Shown piece by piece: positions 1 through 64,000 of a stretch of 64,000 nt of DNA. A model generated the notes under the pieces. The model made no database searches. It was not told the DNA's origin and saw only the letters and a list, made by a program, of their open reading frames with translations. How positions within the stretch are numbered: position 1 is the stretch's first letter; each line of letters starts with the position of its first letter. Origin of the DNA: the human T2T-CHM13v2.0 reference genome, Homo sapiens. A program made the position numbers and the translations under genes. Location: NCBI RefSeq assembly GCF_009914755.1, contig NC_060936.1. The stretch is one strand, 5' to 3'.

Positions 1-290
1 CCTGCCCTCGAACATCAGACTCCAAGTTCTTCAGCTTTTGGACTCTTGGACTTACACCAGTGGTTTGCCAAGGGCTCTCGGGGCTTTGGCCACAGACTGA
101 AGGCTGCACTGCCGGCTTCCCTACTTTTGAGGTTTTGGGCCTTGGACTGATCCACCACTGGCCTCCTTGCTCCTCAACTTGCAGACGGCCTAATGTGAGA
201 CTTTACCTTGTGATCCTGTGAGGCAATTCTTAATAAACTCCCTTTCATATATACATTTATCCTATTCACTCTGTCCCTCTAGAGAACCTA
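1..290 (+). mobile_element. 3' part of an ERVL LTR, MLT2A family (MLT2A1/MLT2A2)
   Basis: Matches my recollection of the MLT2A 3' end (cttgcagacggcct...ccttgtgatc...aataaactccc...tctgtccctctagagaacc); LTR AATAAA near 232-237; truncated by the window start. Subfamily not resolved. Confidence 0.8.
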
Positions 291-762
291 AGGCTCTAAC
301 AGCGACGTTCAGAGGATCTACAGATATCTGCGGTAGACACGCCCACGAAGTCGCCTCTGTGCCTACCTATCGGGTCCTGTGACCACAGGCGACCTCAGTC
401 CCCGAACCATCTTTGCAGCTTCTCAAACGCACACCCCAGTGCCCTTTCTCGCCACAGGTGTGAAACTACATCTCCCGACAGGCGGCGTTGTCCCCTTCCT
501 TCCTTCCTTCCTCTCCCAGGCCCGAGCCATGGCAACAGCGTGACGTGGGGGTACCGAGATCTGCGGGAGCAGCGGTCCCGGCTTCAGTTCTAGCCTACCC
601 GGCAGCCTGGACGGGAGCAAGGCGAGAGGTGCTGCCGCCTCCCGTCGCCCCTGCGCTCAGAGGTCCCGAACCAGCCCAGCCGCTGCCTCTTGCCGCTCCG
701 CCTTTGGAGTGAGGAGGGCGCAGCCCGCGTCAGAACTTAGAGGGCCAGGCAGGGTCGCGCGC

Positions 763-3961
<3,199 letters not shown>

Positions 3962-4589
3962 GGCAAGGGATTGCTCCCTGACCTCCCTTCTACCCCACTT
4001 CCCTACACAATTCTCTTATTTATTTGGTTTGGCTCCTGTTCCAATTTGAAAGGAGTCTGTGTTCATAATACTGTTTCTCCTCTCAATTTCCCAGAAATTG
4101 GGTTCTATGCTGGCTGGAAATGTTGGGGGAAAGAGAAGGCAAAGGATGTGGAAATGAGATGTGCTTAGGAAAGGGTCAGGCCCATCGTAGGAGCACCATA
4201 TGCCTGCAGCCTTTTCACTACGAATTAGAATAAGGACTATGTGGTTGTCTCTGGACCTTATCAAGACACCTTAGTGTCTGACCAGGGGACGATAGTAACT
4301 TTTCTAAGGATTGAATAAATTGAGCTTTTCTTCTGGCACAGAGGTACTGAGTGGTAAGTAACTTTTACCCTGCCTGAGATTCCTCAGGAGAAAAGGCAAC
4401 CTGCCTCCAGCCTGAAATACATAAAGCCTCATTTTAAGACTGTAAGTCCATGCTGCCTGGCTACTAGAGAGCAAGGGGCTTTCTTACCACCAGTGCTGAG
4501 GAGAAAAGTACTGAACGGAAACGGAGTTGTCTTTGTACTCTTGAGTTGTACCTTATTCTTCCACTTGGCCTGAGTTTTTATAAAATTTC

Positions 4590-4595
4590 AATAAA
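4590..4595 (+). terminator. COQ10A: COQ10A polyadenylation signal AATAAA (second candidate at 4314-4319)
   Basis: Canonical hexamer followed by U/GU-rich sequence. Confidence 0.7.
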
Positions 4596-5359
4596 TTGTG
4601 ACAGTGTGAATTTGGCTTTATTATATTGTTTCTTGGGGCAATAATGTAGATATAGTAGAGTAGAACGAAGTTATGGCTTCTTTTCCTGGGGGAGTGAAGG
4701 TATAAGAAGGCCTCTTGGACACAGTGTCCCTGCTAACTATAGTAGCACATTCTACAAGCCAGGACCTAGTACCCACCCCCTTGTCTATTTATAGACTTTT
4801 TCAGAAGGTCAGTTGCAGCAGGGATCTCAGGACAGAATCATCTGGTCTTGGACCTCCCATATATGTGATGCCCTCAGGACCACCTCTTGTTATTTTTGGG
4901 ACCTCCTTCAGGGAAGCTATAAAGAGCAGGCACTCCAAGAAGTACCAGAGCCCTCTAGTGGCTCTGGTCCTGAGGTAGCAGTACTAGCCCATTCGTCCTT
5001 GGTAGTTTGTTCCTTTCTCTCAGTGGGCTAGACCAGTTCTTGGATTAGTCACATAAGCAATTGAGAATCTCAGCTATAGCCCTTGAGTATGTTACCTTAC
5101 AACAAAATTAGCAAGGTTAGGGGCTAAACATCAAGGACTTCCTAACCTTGAGGAAGGACAGAAATCTCCTCTGGAAATTTCTCAGGGAGGCTTTCCTCTG
5201 GTTAAGGTAAAAGAAAGCCAAACCTGCCTAAAGATAAATGGATACAGATTACTTATAACCCACTAAGTTCAGGATCTTGCTAGCCAGATTCCTTACCTCA
5301 TAATAAAGGTTCTTCCAGGCCTTATTTAATAATAGGCTCAAGCATTGTTAATAAAAACA

Positions 5360-5365
5360 TTTATT
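5360..5365 (-). terminator. CS: CS distal polyadenylation signal AATAAA
   Basis: tttatt on the + strand about 1.37 kb past the CS stop codon. Confidence 0.7.
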
Positions 5366-6727
5366 TTGCATTTTATACAGAACAACCTGAAGTCTCCATC
5401 ATGACTTGACAGTTACCCAGGGGTTTACAGTGTGTCCAACTCAACAGTGTGGTTCTGGGACTGGGTATCCACACAAACACAGGCAGGAGTTTGGAGGAAA
5501 GATGGGGGCACAGCAGGAGTGTATCTTAATCCTTTCTCAAAGAAAAAGAAGTAGAGCATTCTGAGTTGCTGAAAACCTGTGCAAATGGGGCTTCTGAAAC
5601 ATTGTACTGTGAGCTCTCAGGGAAAGGGAGGAAAAAGATGTTGATAAATAAGGAGGCAATTTCTTGAGGCAGGGGACGAGGAGGGAGGCTTACTATTTTT
5701 AATGCCCTCAGCCCCAGTACCTGATAATCAGAGGAGACCATGTCCAATCTTGAATCAATTCCCTGTTCAAAAAGAGGTGCTAATACCCCGGGGACAAGAC
5801 TCTGAAAATATCATGCTGGTCATTCCGGAGTTCTATGCCCCACAGCATATTAAAAGATGGGGGTTGGTGGGGGGTGGGGAGGTCAGAAGGTAGTGGCTTG
5901 TATTCTGTGGAAGTAAAAAACTTAGTTCACATTAAGCACTGATAAAACCCAATGACTGGGCCCACAGATCTGTTGAGAGGTCTCTAGTAGGGACCAAGAG
6001 GGGGAGGTCCAGAACATCCTCTGCCTGAGGTGCAACAGGTGTAGAAAGTCTGGGAGGAGGTGAGTATTAAAGTAATGGGAAACAGAACACTCCCAGACCT
6101 TAATTTTAATTGGATAGTTTTAAAAAAAAAATCAAACATTGGGTGCCAGTCACAACAAATGCCATGCCTTTATGGTCACTTGGTAGTATAAAAAAATTGC
6201 CAAAGCATGTCCAGCTAACCAACAGGTCTTGCTAGGAGGTGTTTGTGTGCATGGGAGAGGGCCAAGGGGCTTGGTACAGCTGACTATCCAACATGATTCC
6301 TATGGAAACAGAAGGGGCAGAGTCCTGGTTTGCTGGCTTATTGAGGGCTTGGCAGAGAAGCTAAAGCTCCAAAGTGACTACAGATTCTCTGCAACCGGCT
6401 TTGACCCATGGAAACAGGAGCCAGATTCTCACTCTAGAGATAGTGAGGGGGCCAAACCTACTCATACCACATGCATTAGTCCTGGTCATCCTCCAGGACC
6501 ATGCGTATGATGGGCAACTCATACCAGGCAGGGGAAGGGAGCTGATTAGGGAAGAAGGGACCATTTTTCATCTTTTAAAGTCTTAATTTATATTTTAACC
6601 TCAAACATATTATCAGTGCCTCAGATATAATTTAATCTTAAGTCTTTAAAGGCCCCCTGAAACAAAAGTATACTTTTTATTTAGGCTTCCTCACTTTCTG
6701 GTAGTCACTTTCACCCAGTCTCCAGTT

Positions 6728-33841
<27,114 letters not shown>

Positions 33842-35039
33842 GGCGGGCGATCTCCGGGATCTGGTGGGGAGGTAAGAAAGGGAGAGAGCTGCGGCAGGAA
33901 CAGGAGCCGCCGCCGCTGCACCAGAGGCCGCGCCGACGGGTTGACAAGGTTGAAAGGAGGCGGCTGAAGGAAAGAGTAGACGAACCGGCGGCGGCGCCCA
34001 GCCCGGGGTCCTCAAGGAGGCCCCGCCCACTGGCCGGAACCCGAGCCCGCCCCTCTCAAGGGACTCTCCCCGGGCCCGGCCATTGGTCCGGTATGGAAGC
34101 GGGGCGGGACCTTAGCACTTGACAGCAGTTGTGACGGGGAGGATTGGACCGCCCGGATTAGGGCTAATTAAGGGTGGATGGGTGGCGGGCGGGGAAGTGC
34201 GGGTGGCTAAATAGGTGCCTGATAACTCAGTTAACTTCCCTCTTGGCTTTTCCCTTTGACCTTAACACTTTTGGGGTTATCTCTGAGGCGAATGCTAAAG
34301 GAGACGCTCCAGGACTCGACCTCTGAAGGTCCTTGGAGCCAATTCCGTAATATGATCATGGAAACTGATCATTGCCTGATCCTTCTACCGCCTTGGCGCG
34401 CTTTCTTGAGGAATGTCTTTGGTTAATGGCTTCACGGCCATGGAGGTGACATCATGTGGACAACAGGCTAGGATGCCAGAGTTAGCTGCTCGGTGGAGAT
34501 CATTTGAGGTCAGCAGAGGCCACGATATTATAGATACTAACAGACCCCGATATGGGGAGAAAAGCAAAAGCAGGAGCCTGAATATCCAGTGCTTTGTGAG
34601 CTGTCAGTTCTGTGTGTAATGGCAGGAAATCCAAGTCTTAACTGCGCCCTTACTATGAAGGCTTTCCGAGCCAGCCACAGCTTCTGGGTCATGGGCATTA
34701 GTCTCACTGCCACTCTGGTCACGTAACCCCACACAGCAGCTCACCCCACTTTAGCCACAGATTAGGAGCCGCAGACTAGCCCCTCATCGAAGATCCCCTT
34801 TGGTCACATTCTCTAGGGCCTCTGGGCCACTTCTCCTACTTGGCAGTCTTCTATGCTCTCTTATCTTGTGCTCCCCAGAGACCATGACACGACCCTGAAG
34901 TGATATTCCGCACCACTTTCTAAATCCTCTGGGTAGACGAGGCTTCAGGACTTTTGTGCCTCCCTAAGCCTGTCGTAGTCATTGACCCCAAGGACAAGAG
35001 CATCTTATCTACAAACCTCCAGCCCCAAGTGAAAAGCCT

Positions 35040-35284
35040 TTTTTTTTTTTGGAGACAGATCTTGCTCTGTAGCTGAGGCTGGATTGCAGTGGTGCGATCT
35101 CAGCCTCCTGAGTAGCTGGGATTATAGGCGCCCGCCACCACGCCCAGCTAATTTTTGTATTCTTAGTAGAGATGGGGTTTTGCCATGTTGGTCAGACTGG
35201 TCTCGAAATCCTGACCTCAGGTGATCCACCCGCCTCGGGCTCCCAAAGTACTGGGATTACAGGCGTGAGCCACCGTGCCCAGCT
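35040..35284 (-). mobile_element. Alu with internal deletion
   Basis: Reverse Alu lacking part of the right arm. Confidence 0.85.
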
Positions 35285-36175
35285 GTGAATAGCCCTTTTA
35301 TCTCACCACATAGCAGTAACAAGGATCACAGGTCTCAGTATCCACCTAAGCCAGGTTTAGATAGATCTCCTTTACAAAGAACCGAGTTTCTAGCTTGGAC
35401 TTGGAAAAAGAGATAGAAAACCCCTATTTTCTCTTCTTAATTTTCTTTATACTCAGCTTCACACCTAACAACCAATGCTCTTCTGGCCTGGGGATCAGAT
35501 AGTTAGGTCTCAGGAAAAAACTTTAGGCAATGCTCCAGAGGAGCACTGACCTCAGCTACCTTTGAAGACCCCGGTGACTTCAAAGCTTCACTGATCAATA
35601 TTTGCTCCCCATTTAGCATCTCATAAAGGATTTCCACATAACCCTAGAATAGTCTGACCTGGTTCCTTTTCTCTGGTTAATTATCCACAGAGACTAACCA
35701 GCAGACCACAGGACTGAACTTCAGTGCCCCAGGATGAGACTACCAAAGGGACAATTATTGAGAGGCCACAGGATCATCTGTCTTGGAGCTTTAGTGATTG
35801 GGTGGGGAACAGCAATGCTCTAAGCCTCTCGACACTGGGTCCCAGAGCCCCTAGTGCCATGGGGACTTTATGGACTTGTTTTGAAGTTGTCCAATCCTGA
35901 CATCGACTGCTATAAGGGCAATTGGAAAGCACAGGATCAAAGCGGCTAACTGGCATCTCCCAGGAGCTGGCCTAGATTCCTTCTCAACACTGATGGGACC
36001 TGGGGAGGTTGGAGAGAATGTTAAGGAAGAAAGATTGGCATGAATAAAGCAGCCAAGTGAGCTCTAGGTCCAGGTATAACTAAGTGCTTGGGAACTTGAA
36101 GGGGCAAGGGAGAGAAGGCTGAGAATTTAGGTTGTTGTGACCTTGGGAGGACCTCTTTAAAGTGTAGGGAGGCAA

Positions 36176-36193
36176 TAGCACCCCCTAGTGGCA
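36176..36193 (-). promoter_or_regulatory. Candidate CTCF binding site
   Basis: Reverse complement TGCCACTAGGGGGTGCTA closely matches the CTCF core consensus. Confidence 0.7.
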
Positions 36194-36342
36194 AAGGACA
36201 AGTGGGCTAATAAAATCTAAATTTAAACCCTTAAACTACAAGGTAAACCAAACGCCTCTATTTAATAGATAATAGCTAAAACTTAAACTGGAGGATCCCT
36301 TACTATTTGCAGATACTATCTAAATGTGGAACATGCATTATC

Positions 36343-43550
<7,208 letters not shown>

Positions 43551-44210
43551 TTAGGCTGGCAAGCAAGGCCTCTCATTAAACAACCTTCCTTACCTCGTCT
43601 GTCCCTATCCGATAAAGCCCTTACTTTTCAGCTGAGTTGGTCACATCCATTTTCCCCTTCCTGTCTCTGTTCTTGCTGGTCCCTCCATCTGGATGGGCAG
43701 GGAAGGAAGAATAATGCATATCCGTTATTTCCTTCAAGACCAAGCCCTGTCTTACTTTATGTTTCAACAGCCATGAACACAAGGGATTTCTAGAATTCTA
43801 CACTACCATACACTATGTTCCCCTGCTTCCTCATGGAGGTTCCTCTATTCTCCACAATTAGACTCTAAAGACGTGGTATTGAGTGGGCACTGACTGAAAG
43901 CTTATCTAGTTTATGAGTGGAGTGGAATCTCAGAAGGTAGAAGAATTAAAGGTTCAGGCCTCTCCTACCTTTATCCTGTATCAATCCCAAAACTCTTCTT
44001 TCTCCTCCATTATCTTTCCTGTCTATATAACTCCTTATCTTCAAGCTTAATGTAAGGGCAATTCCAGGCATGAAAAGACAACACAGTTTGTACTTTTGGT
44101 TTCATATTTTTTCAGTTAATTTCAGTAAAAACATAATATATAAAAGGCATTGCCACCATTTTCCCCTCCTGGGGGTGATCCATCAAGCCAGTGTGGGCTG
44201 CTCCAGTGGT

Positions 44211-48862
<4,652 letters not shown>

Positions 48863-49339
48863 CTTTAGCGTAATGGGGTCGCTCCACCTGGGTTTGAGTG
48901 GGAATAAAACATAAGTGTGAGGAGCCGACTCCATTTTTCCCTGACCCCCCCAATCCTCACCCCAAGGCTTTCAAAGGCCTCATTGTGACTCTGGCTCTAC
49001 TTTCCAGGAAATGGCCGGGACACAAAGGGGCTTCTCTGTTCCAGCGCTTGAGGGCTCTGATTCCCCCAGGGTGGTGGGTGGGAGCGCGAGCTCAGGACTT
49101 GCGGCTCAGCCCCAGACTCTACGTGGATAGGTGAGGCCCTAAGTGTTGGTACTTTAGCACTGCATGCCTAGGGTTCACGGGGCTTTGTGGCAGCTACAGG
49201 AGGTAAGTTGGCGATTACGTGAGGACTACAGGCACTAGGGAACTGCCGGCAGGGAGCCCTCAGTCAGGCCAGGAGGCCAGCGAGGAGAGCAATAACTAGG
49301 GCCCATTTGGATCCTGCACCGAAGATTCCTGCGTCCCCA

Positions 49340-50090
49340 CCTCCAGCCCGTAAGTGATTACCCGTACGGACACCAGCCCCCTTTCTAAGGACTCCGCCAT
49401 TGCTTTCGCTTCAGTCCATCCCCAACCCTCAGCGCCCAGCGCCTCGCCGCCCGCATCCGTCCCACCTCTGCTCCCAGGGCCGCCGCCGTGGCCCAAGCGC
49501 TGGAAGACCGCTGGACTCTCACTTTGGCCCCAGTGGCTCCCGAAACTACACCTGGCTGCAGGGAGCAGGGCTGTCCGGGATTCTCCAGAGCGCTTCGCCG
49601 CCTGCCACACACGGGGTGTCCCGGCGACCGCCTGACCCAGCTCCCCTGACGCTAACTGGTACCTAAGCGGGACTCCAGCGTGCTGCGGTGCGAGCCCCAA
49701 TCAGACACCGACCCCAAACCCGCCCCTCCAAACTCTCGCGCGAACAGGCAGCTTAGGAGAGGCTCCCGAACAGCAAGGACCCCGGTCAATCGCCGAAGGA
49801 CCCAGACTTGCGTGGCGAACAGATCCACGTGACCACCAGGGGTCAGCCGTAGAATAGGAGTGGCCTTAAGCGACGACAGAGTCCGGGCGTGCTGTATGGG
49901 AGCGGCTAGTCGTGCGCGTGAGCCAGCCCAGGTGGGCTAGGACCTTCAAAACGGTGCGCTGCCGGCCAGCGAGCAGTCCAGGTTTCAATACACAGGAAAC
50001 TACATCTCCCAGGAAGCACCGCAGCACCGGACCCATCTTTGTGAGCAACTACAAGTCTCAAGCTATCCTGGGACCTGTAGTTTGTCGGCT
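49340..50090 (-). promoter_or_regulatory. CNPY2: CNPY2 CpG-island promoter / exon 1
   Basis: CpG-rich; E-box CACGTG 49826-49831; three ACTACA..TC(C/T)CA motifs at 49999-50082. Confidence 0.85.
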
Positions 50091-50202
50091 TACACAATTA
50101 ACGGAAACCATACTGTACATCTTCAGTCTGACTTAGGGTACTGGGCAGCTATAGCAAAGACCCAGCATTGCCCAGAAAAGGCATAAATTATACCTTTTTC
50201 CC

Positions 50203-50477
50203 CTTTTTTTGAGACGGAGTCTCGCCCTATCGCCCAGGCTGGCATACAGTGGCGTGATCTCGGCTCACTGCAACCTCCGCCTCCCGGGTTGAAGCAATTT
50301 TCTGCCTCAGCTAGGGTTACAGTCGCCATCCACCACTCCCAGCTAATTTTTGTATTTTTAGTAGAGACGGGGTTTCACCATCTTGGTCAGGCTGGTCTTT
50401 AACTCCTGACCTCGTGTTCCACCCACCTCTGCCTCCCAAAGTGCTAGGATTACAGAAGTGAGCCACCGCGCCCGGCC
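50203..50477 (-). mobile_element. Alu between the PAN2 3' end and the CNPY2 promoter
   Basis: Reverse Alu; TSD-like aattatacc(t/c)ttt. Confidence 0.88.
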
Positions 50478-50602
50478 TAATTATACCCTTTCATATCCAT
50501 AACTTTGGATTCCGGACCTTTACCTTCAAAGGAAGGAGAGGAAGACTGAAGCCAGAGAACCCACACTAGCAGTTCTCTAATGAGATAAATAACAAACGAT
50601 AT

Positions 50603-50614
50603 TTTATTTTTATT
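50603..50614 (-). terminator. PAN2: PAN2 tandem polyadenylation signals
   Basis: Two adjacent tttatt hexamers about 640 nt past the PAN2 stop. Confidence 0.7.
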
Positions 50615-51253
50615 TTATAAAACATGCAGTTTACAACAAATTTTTAAAAAATGGAACAAAACTTGGGACAGGCAAGTGGGATGGAAGACAGATGCTTCTC
50701 AGCCATCAGCAGGAATAAATGAAGCCGGCAGCCAAGCTTTGTCCAGGATCCAAAGGCCCTTTTGGCAATGGTATTGGCAACACTGGTTTGCTTGGGCCAC
50801 CAACACTCTACTTGCTGGCCCCTCCAGGTATCCCTGAAGCAGTTGGTGACTTGTGCTAAGTCTTGAACTACTGTGGTATCCTCTGTCACTGTCCAGGACT
50901 TCAATCCCTAGCCAGCTAGGAACTTACAGTTATGGTTCCAGGAGCTTCTCTGCCTGGATATTAGTCACCCAGGATATTAAGAATACCAATTACTTTCCAT
51001 CTGGGTCAATTCTAGACTCCATGTCTGTACCACTGTTTTGCAAAGAATGAAGAAGGAATGAATCTGGCTCCTAGAACCTTTGCAACAATTCTGCTGTGTT
51101 CCAGTTCAATTAATAGCACCATCTGTGACCCTAGACCCTGAGCACGTCCAGTACTGGAAGTGGACAAGGTATAGCCAACTTAGGAAGCCATCTCCCAGTT
51201 CTGGGGCTATAGAACAGTAAAGGGAGAGGGCCGTGGTTCTTTGGGAAGGGTAG

Positions 51254-62285
<11,032 letters not shown>

Positions 62286-62637
62286 CTATAGAGGACAAAG
62301 ACAACAGAGACACTTAGAGTGGAGGGGCAAGGGCCACCCTACGGCCAGGTCAGGGACTGAACATGGCTCAGCTTGGATCCTTTCTTGCTTGGCCTTTGTG
62401 ACTAGGAGCAACTGGGGCAAAAGGCTAGGAACCAGTCAATCTTAGTGATAAAGACACTGATAATACTGTCTTATGTTTGTTTAATGTGTTACACAGCATT
62501 TTGGTAAACTCTACCTCATTTTGTCCTCACAATGACCCTGCTGAATAGGTAATGGCTCACTTGGTTAGAACAGTATATAGAAGGTCAGGGACATGGTCCA
62601 ATTCTCTACTGGCCAGCTGGCTTTCTTATGTTTCACA

Positions 62638-62770
62638 TCTGGGAGGATGTGCATAAGGTTATATGCAAATACTATATCATTTTCTATAATGGATTTAGGC
62701 ATCCTTGAATTTTGGTATCTGGTATCTTTAGATCTTGGAACCAATCCCACATGGATACCAAGAAGATGAT
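62638..62770. mobile_element. MER2 (TcMar-Tigger) DNA transposon fragment
   Basis: gggaggatgtgcataaggttatatgcaaatacta...ggaaccaatccc...ggatacca resembles the MER2 end. Confidence 0.7.
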
Positions 62771-62969
62771 GGTAACTACTAAACCTCCTTAAACATCCCA
62801 TCATAACCTCAAACTCATGACATCCTAAATTAAATTCACCATTTTTATTTCTATTTTTCTTACTGTATTCTCTATGGTACCAAGATCTACCTAGTTGACC
62901 AAGCCATATATCTGACAGTCAAGTCCTATGTATTTTTTTCCTAACCACTAGATAACCAAGGATTTTTTA

Positions 62970-63605
<636 letters not shown>

Positions 63606-64000
63606 GCCCTTCAGTGGCCTGAAGGTTCAAGTCCAAGGTCCAAGCTCTTTTAACACAGCATATGAAGTTCTCTAGAATGTTCCTTCCCCAGATATCTACA
63701 TGGCTCCTTCCCTCCCTTCTAGAGGGCCTAGAATAGTAAAGGAGAGGCACAAGGATAAGTTAGAGGCATGGAGCTCTGCCTCTTTGTTCCCCTTTTTGGT
63801 GCTGCATCCAAGTCTCTATTCAAATGTTACTTTATCAGAGAGAACTCCTGACCAACTATTTAAAGTAGCAACATTGTTTCTAAAAGAGCCATTAGGAAAA
63901 AAGATTAAAATTAAAACAAAACACTACAAAACCAAACAAAATAGCAACATTTCCCACCCTTCATTACCTCAACCCCCTTACTCAACTGTATTTTTCTTTT

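Noticed and set aside
33842-34030. Stop-free in-frame extension upstream of the CS ATG
   Set aside because: No upstream ATG; open frames are expected in GC-rich leaders, and the annotated ATG has a strong Kozak context.
49296-49700. 134-aa and overlapping ORFs at CNPY2 exon 1
   Set aside because: CpG-island open frames with non-ATG starts and no recognisable protein features.

Overview
Human (primate) genomic DNA that I recognise as the 12q13.3 COQ10A-CS-CNPY2-PAN2 cluster. I rebuilt all four genes exon by exon, checking GT-AG junctions and reading frame. They are COQ10A (+, 5 coding exons, 247 aa), citrate synthase CS (-, 11 exons, 466 aa), CNPY2 (-, 5 coding exons, 182 aa, signal peptide and C-terminal HDEL) and the last 24 coding exons of PAN2 (-, start codon beyond the window end). 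Three CpG-island promoters are present. Introns and spacers are very Alu-rich, with MIR, L1, L2, MER2, an MLT2A LTR and a MER41 LTR, and most of the supplied short ORFs are Alu translations. I see no new multi-gene system. The best leads are four. (1) A 34-bp strand-asymmetric hairpin abutting an 11-bp perfect hairpin in CS intron 6, near a duplicated 16-mer with an ATF4/C-EBP core. (2) Three candidate cryptic exons in CS intron 1 that would each alter the mitochondrial presequence; one keeps a CNPY2-to-CS read-through in frame and encodes a poly-Leu segment. (3) A three-level nested Alu/MER41/Alu structure. (4) An MLT2A LTR and a strong splice acceptor just upstream of COQ10A.
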